Below are positions 57,208 to 64,000 of a stretch of 64,000 nucleotides of DNA, one piece after another. Made by a program: the position numbers and the translations under genes. The notes beneath the pieces are model-generated. The model worked only from the letters and a program-made list of their open reading frames with translations, did not search any database and was not told where the DNA came from. Within the stretch, counting starts at the first letter, position 1. Each line of letters starts with the position of its first letter. The stretch comes from Cloacimonetes bacterium SCGC AAA252-N17 (lineage in GTDB: Bacteria > Cloacimonadota > Cloacimonadia > JGIOTU-2): contig ASNI01000005.1 of the NCBI GenBank assembly GCA_000404785.1, positions 9,914 through 73,913 of the forward strand, written 5' to 3'.

Positions 57208-57930
57208 ATGCCAAAAGATCAACTAAGTCATTATAGAAAAAAAAATAAGCTTATATTTGAGATTAAATATAATCCAATCGCAGAAACAGCTGACAGAAGA
57301 GGTAATACAATATCAAAACTACAAACAAAATTTAAAAATAAAATGCAAGAATGGAAAATGCAAAATGTTGGTATTATTGTATTAGACGATTTAAAAAATA
57401 CTAATAAACAAATATTTATTGATCATATGCGTTCATATATTCATTATGAAGATGTATCAACTCTTCAAGAATTTTACGATGACACAAAAAGATTTTTGGA
57501 AGTACTGTTTGACCTTTTTAAAGGACAAATTAAGGAAATAAAACAAATTAAAATAGATTTTGCTAGTATTTTCATTAGCAAAGAATTCAAAAATTTTCAG
57601 GATGTTTTTAATAGAATCATGGTAACCTTTTATAATCAGAAAATTCCACTTTCTATAAAACCAAACGATTGCAGATTTGAACTTGAACATGACTTCGGTA
57701 ATATATTTATTGGTCCAATCAAAAAAGATGAGAATTTTATTAAAGACACCTTTAATTGTCTTTACACTAACATCCCAGATTTCGGTTTTTTTGTTGGATT
57801 GAATAATCAAATTGTAGATTTAAAGGAAATTACTTTAAAAGATGTTATTGAAGCGTTTGATAAATTATTCAATTTAACACAAAACATTGAAAGTGAAATT
57901 GTAAATGGAATAATTGAGGTGATGAAGTGA
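57208..57930 (+). CDS. Hypothetical soluble protein (240 aa), cassette gene A
   Basis: GGAGG lies 6 nt upstream of ATG 57208. Very AT-rich coding sequence with no TM or signal peptide. The N-terminal strand motif LIFEIKYNPIAE and overall size are faintly reminiscent of the sporadically distributed TIGR04255 family, a low-confidence recollection. Confidence 0.5.
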   Translation: MPKDQLSHYRKKNKLIFEIKYNPIAETADRRGNTISKLQTKFKNKMQEWKMQNVGIIVLDDLKNTNKQIFIDHMRSYIHYEDVSTLQEFYDDTKRFLEVLFDLFKGQIKEIKQIKIDFASIFISKEFKNFQDVFNRIMVTFYNQKIPLSIKPNDCRFELEHDFGNIFIGPIKKDENFIKDTFNCLYTNIPDFGFFVGLNNQIVDLKEITLKDVIEAFDKLFNLTQNIESEIVNGIIEVMK

Positions 57931-58466
57931 CAAAAAGTGGAAAAGACGATACAATAATTCCATCAATAGATCAATATAAGGAGCTTCATAAAAGATATTC
58001 TTTTGGTTCAGACAAAGATGAAATTGTAACTCTAAAACGCTCTAATATTGTACATGATTTTGCTGAGGTTAAATCGTCAGAATCAGAAAGAATAGTTAGA
58101 AAAGAAGAATTGTGTGATACAAAGCATGAGAATCTGTTCTTGAAATTTAAAGAATATATAAACAATGAGTTTATAAATCAATTGAAATATACATTCAAAG
58201 ATGATTTTAGCAAACTCTATAAACTAATATATTATTTGATATATTTCCTTTTAATAATTGCTATTATATCCTTTATTTGGCTTAATCATACATTATTAAC
58301 ATGGACATGGCTTCAGAATCATCCAAAGTACCTTTTAATTAAGTTGATATTAAGTATATTTTTTATAATTTTCTTATTGATAATTCCCAATAAAAAAAAT
58401 TGGAAAGTTTGGATATCTCTTTCAATTGCTACGCTATTAATCCCGCTATTATTTAAAATATTATGA
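57927..58466 (+). CDS. Hypothetical membrane protein (179 aa; soluble N-terminal ~100 aa plus 3 predicted TM helices), cassette gene B
   Basis: The GTG start overlaps the gene A stop (GTGA). TM segments are LIYYLIYFLLIIAIISFIWL, YLLIKLILSIFFIIFLLII and VWISLSIATLLIPLLF. The stop overlaps the HAD start (ATGA). Confidence 0.45.
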   Translation: MTKSGKDDTIIPSIDQYKELHKRYSFGSDKDEIVTLKRSNIVHDFAEVKSSESERIVRKEELCDTKHENLFLKFKEYINNEFINQLKYTFKDDFSKLYKLIYYLIYFLLIIAIISFIWLNHTLLTWTWLQNHPKYLLIKLILSIFFIIFLLIIPNKKNWKVWISLSIATLLIPLLFKIL

Positions 58467-59122
58467 AATTTAAAGCAGTCATTTTCGACCTCGATGGAAC
58501 ACTCATAGATTCCATGGGTGTATGGACACGTGTCGATTCTGACTTTCTTGGGAAACGCAATATACCTGTTCCAGATGATCTCTTTGATGATATCCAGGTG
58601 GGGAACAGCTATGTGGAGGTTGCTGAGCATTTCAAACAAAAATTCAACCTGCCTGATAGCGCGGAAGACATTATGAATGAGTGGACTGATATGGTTGCCT
58701 GGCATTACCAGAATGACATTCCGCTCAAATCCGGCGCAAAAGAATTCCTCACATTCCTGCACAAAAATGGTATCAAAATTGGGGTAGGTACGAGTAATAT
58801 TCACCATCTGACAGAAGTCGTGCTCTCTGCGAATGATGTGTGGCATTATGTCGATGCAGTGGTTGACGGGCAGGAAAACCTCCGCGGAAAGCCCTTCCCT
58901 GACATCTTCCTGAAGGTAGCAGAAAAGCTCGGAGTACAACCCGGGGAATGTCTTGTTATCGAAGATGTAATTGCCGGCGTGATCGCAGCAAAGAATGCTG
59001 GGATGACCTCCTTTGCGATCGAGGATGACTATTCTCTGAAAGATAAGGACCGCATTCTCGAATATGTTGATTTTTATGCCCGGGATTTCCACGAGATCAA
59101 AGAAAGACTTGCGCTCACATAA
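58463..59122 (+). CDS. HAD-superfamily hydrolase (beta-phosphoglucomutase-like subfamily IA)
   Basis: Motif I VIFDLDGTLIDS, motif II GVGTSN, motif III/IV KPFPDIF...LVIEDVIAGVIAAKNAGM. Confidence 0.85.
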   Translation: MKFKAVIFDLDGTLIDSMGVWTRVDSDFLGKRNIPVPDDLFDDIQVGNSYVEVAEHFKQKFNLPDSAEDIMNEWTDMVAWHYQNDIPLKSGAKEFLTFLHKNGIKIGVGTSNIHHLTEVVLSANDVWHYVDAVVDGQENLRGKPFPDIFLKVAEKLGVQPGECLVIEDVIAGVIAAKNAGMTSFAIEDDYSLKDKDRILEYVDFYARDFHEIKERLALT

Positions 59123-59141
59123 AAATCCTCTTGGAGGTAAG

Positions 59142-60116
59142 ATGAAAAAGCTCTCATTCTTTTTGTTATTTCTGCTGGTCATAGTTCCTCTTTTTTCAGA
59201 TGAAGTTATGATATTCACTGCAAATCAATATTTCATGTCGCGAATATACACTCTTTCCACAAATGGGGCTGTTCAAAATTATTTTAGTTATGACAACTAT
59301 CATTTCTGCGATATGGAAGTGGTAAATAATGAACTCTATGCTGCCGAAGCATTTGCACCAAGAGTATATAAGATTGATATCGCTACAGGCGATCTCAAAG
59401 TCATTATTGATGACTGGTCACTTTTTTATTTCTATGATGTTGCCTTTGACGGCACGTATTTCTATGTAACCGAATGGGATCTGAATCGTTATGATATAAA
59501 TGGAAACAAAGACGGTACTGCCTCTTTTGATGAGGATGTTTTTGGCAGTGCATGGGATGGTCAGTATCTCTGGATGTTGAATGAGAATAACCAGATAAAA
59601 TGCTGGGATGTGGCGCTTTGGCCAAATATTATTGAAATAACTTCAAATGCTTTTTCTCCACCTTCTTCTACCTGCAGGGGTTTGTGGTTTGACGGCACCT
59701 ATTTTTGGTCAACTGAAGGGTTAGACGGCAGTTTGGGGTATATCTATCAATTCGACTATTCAGGACAGGTTATTGACCAAATCTTAGCTCCAGCATGGGT
59801 TGGCTTTGGTGTGTGCAAACTAGATCAAGGAGTTTCGATTGATGATCCATATCAGGACAATGCTTTGAAGCTGACTGTTGCACCCAATCCATTCATGAAT
59901 GATATATCTGTTTCTTTTTTATTACCTGAACAGGAAAAGGTCTCTTGCGAACTATTTGATATAAGAGGAAAAAAAATTGAAACGATGCTTTCAGGGCAAT
60001 GTCCGGCTGGTATAAACATCCAAGAATGTGATATTAAGAATCTTAAAAGCGGTGTATATTTCTTGAAATTACAGACTCAACAGACCAAAGAAATCCAAAA
60101 AATCATCCATCTCTGA
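59142..60116 (+). CDS. Secreted repeat (beta-propeller-like) protein with T9SS C-terminal sorting domain
   Basis: GGAGG precedes ATG 59142, followed by a signal peptide. Recurrent FDGTYFYV / WDGQYLWM / WFDGTYFWS blades. CTD is LTVAPNPFMNDISVSFLLPEQEKVSCELFDIRGKKIETML...LKSGVYFLKLQTQQTKEIQKIIHL. Confidence 0.65.
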   Translation: MKKLSFFLLFLLVIVPLFSDEVMIFTANQYFMSRIYTLSTNGAVQNYFSYDNYHFCDMEVVNNELYAAEAFAPRVYKIDIATGDLKVIIDDWSLFYFYDVAFDGTYFYVTEWDLNRYDINGNKDGTASFDEDVFGSAWDGQYLWMLNENNQIKCWDVALWPNIIEITSNAFSPPSSTCRGLWFDGTYFWSTEGLDGSLGYIYQFDYSGQVIDQILAPAWVGFGVCKLDQGVSIDDPYQDNALKLTVAPNPFMNDISVSFLLPEQEKVSCELFDIRGKKIETMLSGQCPAGINIQECDIKNLKSGVYFLKLQTQQTKEIQKIIHL

Positions 60117-60203
60117 CAGCAACTTTTGCAATACGAGAAAACACAATTAGCTTGACGTAATCACGCCATATTCGGTTCTCTACACACACGAGGTTCATAA
60201 AAT

Positions 60204-63080
60204 ATGGCAAAAAAAGACAAAGGATATCCTGCTTTTGAATTCATCGCAGTGGATACGGAAACCACCGGTTTGGATGCGTCAAAAGAGGATATGATCGAGA
60301 TTGGCGCTGTCCATTTCAAAGACGGCGAGCAGGTGCGATCATTCCAAACCTTTATCCATATCAACAGGACTCTGCCCGAAGAGATAAAAGTCCTTACTCA
60401 TATTTCGGATAAGAACCTTGTGAATGCACCTTCGCTCAAAATGGCATTGCAGGATTTTATTGAATTCATAGGCAATACTCCGCTCTGTTTTCATAATGCA
60501 GGATTTGATCTCGGATTCCTTAACGAATCTCTTGGTAGATGCAATTTTTCTCCAATCAAAAATAAATATTATGACACGCTGGATCTTTCGAGAATCTTCC
60601 TTCCACATCTGAAATCCCATTCCCTTGGCACGGTTGCCGAATACTTTGATGTCATCAATAAACAGGCACACAGAGCCCAGAATGATGCACAAGCAACTGG
60701 TGAAATTTTCCACTTGATCATTGATTTTATAATAGATCATATCGACTTGAAGCTGGTGAAGCAAATCGAGGAGATCGCATCCTTTGCATTTCAGCAAAAT
60801 GCAATGCTGGCATATCTGAAAAAGATTCTCAGCTATTTTACAAAAATGTATCTGCAGAGGCAGAAGCAGAACACTCCCACAATTCCTTTCTTCACCAGAC
60901 CAAATTATATCACAAATATTGAGAAGGGCGAACCTCCGAGTACAGTTATTGATAAAAACGAGATCCTGCAACTTTTTGAAGAAGGCGGCTCACTGGCAGA
61001 AAATTTCGTGAAATATGAATATCGTGGAGGTCAGATCGATATGGTTGCCTGGGTTACCGAGGCATATCAGAAAGGAAATATTCTTCTCATCGAAGCAGGG
61101 ACAGGCGTCGGCAAATCACTTGCCTATCTCATTCCTTCCATTTACTATTCAAAATTTTCAAAACAGAGAATAATCATTTCGACAAATACAAAAAACCTTC
61201 AGGAGCAGCTCTTTTTCAAAGATATCCCAACTGTTCAGGAAACCACAGACCTCACATTCTCAGCAGCACTTTTGAAAGGCAGATCAAACTATCTCTGCAT
61301 GAGAAAATGGTATAATGTGCTTTCCGACATAAACGGATATCTCACGCAATATGAGATGAAATTCCTGCTCAATCTTATTATCTGGGCAGCGATGACCAAA
61401 ACCGGAGACGTGGAAGAAAATCACTCTTTCAAACCCTATCAGAGCGGGTTGTGGTCAAAAGTCGCATCAGACAGCACCTCATGCCACGGCAGGAAATGTC
61501 CATATAACACGGATTGCTTTGTCATGAAGATCCGTAAATTTGCAGAGAATGCAAACCTCGTTATCATCAATCATGCTCTGCTCCTTTCTGATGCTGCAAA
61601 TGATTTTTCAGTACTCGGAAATTATACAAACCTTGTGATCGATGAGGCGCATAATCTTCCTAATGCTGCTGCTATACATTTCGGATTTTCCATCACTATG
61701 ATCGACCTTCTTAATATTACAAGAAAGCTATTAACAAAGGGCGAATACCAGTACGGAATTATCAACAATCTCCGGATCGGCATCACAAAAAGTACGCTGC
61801 CCGAGGAGAAAAAGAAAATATATAAAAGCATTCTTGATGAATGCGAAGATCCAATAGATACTATCGAGTCAAAGGGGAAAGATTTTTTCCAATATCTGAC
61901 ACAGATCGTACTCACAAGAGGAAGTTACAAGAAACTTCGTTTCCAAAATCTTGATGTATTCAAACCGGCTCAAGTACCCCTCGAGGACATCAGCAGCTCG
62001 CTTTCTGAGATAAACAAAAAACTCACTAGATTGCATACCGATCTTCTCGATGTGAAACCCCAGAGCTTTCCCAAATACGATCAGAACATGTCTGATCTCG
62101 AGGGCAGCATCAATCAGATAGTGGAACTCATTGTGTGCTTTGAGCATGTATTCAATCCGGATTTTGAGAACTATGCATTCTGGCTGGAGACATCGGAGAA
62201 TACCTTCAACCCGGATTTTATGCCTCGTTCAGCGATCGTGGTTGCACCCATTGAGGTGAACGAGCCGCTTTTTAAATATTTCTGGGATAGACTTGAAACT
62301 GCTATCCTCACCTCTGCCACTCTTGCAATCAGGCAGGAATTCAAATTCTACAAGCATCTTACAGGTCTTGAAGAAGTCGAGCAGAGCCGGCTTATGGAAT
62401 ACATTGCCTCTTCTCCTTTTGATTATCCCAAGCAGATGAAAGTGCTCATTCCTGACTTTCTTCCAAATCCCAAAGACCCTTTCTTCACACCTCAGGCGCT
62501 CTCATTAGTAGAGGAAATTCTCAGCGCACACAAAAAGGGAACGCTTGTTCTTTTTACCTCTTACAAAGACCTCGATGCTGCGTATACAGAGCTTTCTACT
62601 TCGACAATGAAGAGTGAGATGACTCTCCTCGCACAGGGAAAAAGCGGTTCCAGAACAACCATACTCGACATCTTTCGTAATGATGAGAATTCCGTTTTGC
62701 TCGGCACAAAAAGCTTTTGGGAAGGAGTCGATGTTCAGGGTAAATCTCTGGAAATACTCGTCCTGTTCCGGCTTCCTTTCCTGGTTCCGACAGAACCCCT
62801 TGTGGAAGCACATCTGGACAAACTCACTGCGGAAGGTAAAAATTCATTTCTGCATTACACTCTGCCCATCTCATTGCTTCATTTCAAGCAGGGCTTCGGA
62901 CGCCTGATCAGAAACAAAACAGACAAAGGCGTTGTTGTCATACTTGATTCACGGATCTTTTCAAAAAACTACGGTCGTTATTTTATTAATGTTATGCCCC
63001 TGCATCCCAATAGAGTATCCAGTCCCCTGGAAATAACAGACCACATTACAAACTGGTTCATAGAAACTCACACGCCATAA
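60204..63080 (+). CDS. dinG: DinG-family ATP-dependent helicase with N-terminal DnaQ-like 3'-5' exonuclease domain
   Basis: Exo I AVDTETTGL, Exo II FHNAGFDLGFL, Exo III HRAQNDAQATGEIF. Walker A EAGTGVGKSLAYL and DEAH box VIDEAHNL. Four Cys (NYLCMRK ... SCHGRKCPYNTDC) have the spacing of the E. coli DinG Fe-S ligands. Helicase C-terminal motifs FWEGVD and QGFGRLIR. Confidence 0.85.
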   Translation: MAKKDKGYPAFEFIAVDTETTGLDASKEDMIEIGAVHFKDGEQVRSFQTFIHINRTLPEEIKVLTHISDKNLVNAPSLKMALQDFIEFIGNTPLCFHNAGFDLGFLNESLGRCNFSPIKNKYYDTLDLSRIFLPHLKSHSLGTVAEYFDVINKQAHRAQNDAQATGEIFHLIIDFIIDHIDLKLVKQIEEIASFAFQQNAMLAYLKKILSYFTKMYLQRQKQNTPTIPFFTRPNYITNIEKGEPPSTVIDKNEILQLFEEGGSLAENFVKYEYRGGQIDMVAWVTEAYQKGNILLIEAGTGVGKSLAYLIPSIYYSKFSKQRIIISTNTKNLQEQLFFKDIPTVQETTDLTFSAALLKGRSNYLCMRKWYNVLSDINGYLTQYEMKFLLNLIIWAAMTKTGDVEENHSFKPYQSGLWSKVASDSTSCHGRKCPYNTDCFVMKIRKFAENANLVIINHALLLSDAANDFSVLGNYTNLVIDEAHNLPNAAAIHFGFSITMIDLLNITRKLLTKGEYQYGIINNLRIGITKSTLPEEKKKIYKSILDECEDPIDTIESKGKDFFQYLTQIVLTRGSYKKLRFQNLDVFKPAQVPLEDISSSLSEINKKLTRLHTDLLDVKPQSFPKYDQNMSDLEGSINQIVELIVCFEHVFNPDFENYAFWLETSENTFNPDFMPRSAIVVAPIEVNEPLFKYFWDRLETAILTSATLAIRQEFKFYKHLTGLEEVEQSRLMEYIASSPFDYPKQMKVLIPDFLPNPKDPFFTPQALSLVEEILSAHKKGTLVLFTSYKDLDAAYTELSTSTMKSEMTLLAQGKSGSRTTILDIFRNDENSVLLGTKSFWEGVDVQGKSLEILVLFRLPFLVPTEPLVEAHLDKLTAEGKNSFLHYTLPISLLHFKQGFGRLIRNKTDKGVVVILDSRIFSKNYGRYFINVMPLHPNRVSSPLEITDHITNWFIETHTP

Positions 63081-63091
63081 GGAGAAATATT

Positions 63092-63868
63092 TTGAAGATC
63101 TCAACACTATTCATTTCGGTTTGTTCTTTTATTTTATTTTCCTGTAACCTACTTTATGCTCAAGAAAAAGCACCATTTAAGATCGGAGAGAAGCTCATTT
63201 ACAATACGAATTTCGGTATCGTGAACGCCGGCACTTTTACCATGTCACTGGAAGATGGCGGTGAAATTATGGGTCATCCGTGCTATCTGATCAAAACTCT
63301 TTCGAAAACAAATCCAGTCTTTGATCTTGTGTATAAGATCCGCGATGAAACAGAATCCTACTGGGATAAAGATCAATTTGTTGTCAGAAAATTCATCAAG
63401 CGCATTTCTGAAGGAAGCTGGAAGCAATATCGCATTCATTACTATTTTCCTGAAGATACGATCTACTATTATGTGACATACAAAAAGGGTGGTCAGACTA
63501 AAAAGCAGAGCACCTCACTTACTGATCCTCAGGATACGTACACTATCATCTACTGGGTGCGCCTACAGAATCTGGTCGTGGGCGACACACTGCATCTGAA
63601 CATCAGTCTCGATGGAGATAATCATCCTGTAAAACTGCTTGTAGAGAAGAAAGAGATATTGAATACGATTTTCGGTGAAAAGGAATGCTTCAAGATCACT
63701 CCGATCATTCCTGAGGTGTCACAGAAAAGAACCTCCATAGTGATGGACATCTGGGTTACTGATGATGAATACAAAATACCGGTAAAACTGGTCATAAAAA
63801 TAAAATATGGAAACTTTACTATGTCCCTGAAAGATGCTGAAAATACTGGATTAAGCACAAATAATTAG
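63092..63868 (+). CDS. DUF3108-like secreted protein
   Basis: AGGAGA precedes TTG 63092, followed by a signal peptide. PFKIGEKLIYNTNFGIVNAGTFTMSL is typical of DUF3108 as I recall it. Confidence 0.55.
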   Translation: MKISTLFISVCSFILFSCNLLYAQEKAPFKIGEKLIYNTNFGIVNAGTFTMSLEDGGEIMGHPCYLIKTLSKTNPVFDLVYKIRDETESYWDKDQFVVRKFIKRISEGSWKQYRIHYYFPEDTIYYYVTYKKGGQTKKQSTSLTDPQDTYTIIYWVRLQNLVVGDTLHLNISLDGDNHPVKLLVEKKEILNTIFGEKECFKITPIIPEVSQKRTSIVMDIWVTDDEYKIPVKLVIKIKYGNFTMSLKDAENTGLSTNN

Positions 63869-63871
63869 TTC

Positions 63872-64000
63872 ATGAAAAAGTTTGTCGTATCCGATTTTGA
63901 TTATGAACTTCCGGAAGGAATGATCGCACAGTTTCCTTCTGAAAAGAGAGAAGAGTCTAGGCTGATGATCGTGAACCGAAAAGAAAACTCTATCTCGATC
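63872..64000 (+). CDS. queA: S-adenosylmethionine:tRNA ribosyltransferase-isomerase, 5' partial
   Basis: MKKFVVSDFDYELPEGMIAQFPSEKREESRLMIV is the canonical QueA N-terminus. It runs off the window end. Confidence 0.85.
   Translation, partial: MKKFVVSDFDYELPEGMIAQFPSEKREESRLMIVNRKENSISI

Noticed and set aside
58319-59218. 299-aa minus-strand ORF, unusually long for an antisense frame
   Set aside because: It lies exactly antisense to the HAD hydrolase, which has all four HAD motifs. Its translation has no motif, signal or plausible start context. It is most likely a chance open frame.
60339-60971. 210-aa minus-strand ORF
   Set aside because: It is antisense to the exonuclease domain of dinG, whose Exo I-III motifs are intact.

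Overview
The window is a 64-kb chromosomal segment from a low-GC, diderm bacterium. It encodes type IX secretion (T9SS) parts (SprA, a PorV/PorQ-like barrel, several cargo proteins with T9SS C-terminal sorting domains), LpxB and a TonB system. This suggests the FCB superphylum, possibly a Cloacimonadota-like lineage, but that is inference only. Most of the window is tightly packed housekeeping operons. On the + strand these are dtd-glyS-aspC, a small ORF followed by pfkB-purM-lplA-like, prfB-lysS, phnDCE, and dinG, DUF3108 and queA. On the minus strand one long collinear block runs infC-rpmI-rplT-pheS-pheT-zapB-zapA-(6S-like RNA)-rny-ymdB-folD. I saw no rRNA, tRNA, CRISPR array, transposase or integrase. 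The non-core content is: (1) a cell-envelope cluster at 13.2-25.2 kb with a TonB-dependent receptor, ExbB-ExbD-ExbD-TonB, a 1017-aa secreted protein with a T9SS-type C-terminal domain, a PorV/PorQ-like barrel and another T9SS cargo; (2) a lipoprotein triad (LpoB-like, COG3014-like, LPP20-like) and a convergent 827-aa orphan lipoprotein; (3) a compact type II restriction-modification (R-M) pair wedged between lysS and an aminopeptidase, whose SPPY methyltransferase carries a degenerate SNase-like C-terminal domain; (4) a very AT-rich, translationally coupled two-gene cassette (240-aa soluble protein plus 179-aa 3-TM protein) between phnE and a HAD hydrolase, which is my best candidate for an undescribed accessory or defence-like module; (5) a decayed intergenic locus at 44.2-44.7 kb with a truncated four-helix-bundle gene and repeated hairpins. 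RNA-level and recoding signals found by eye are a 6S-RNA-like structure downstream of zapA, the classic prfB +1 frameshift site, a non-AUG infC start behind a structured terminator-like leader, and two intrinsic terminators. All functional calls come from motif recognition by eye. No searches were run.
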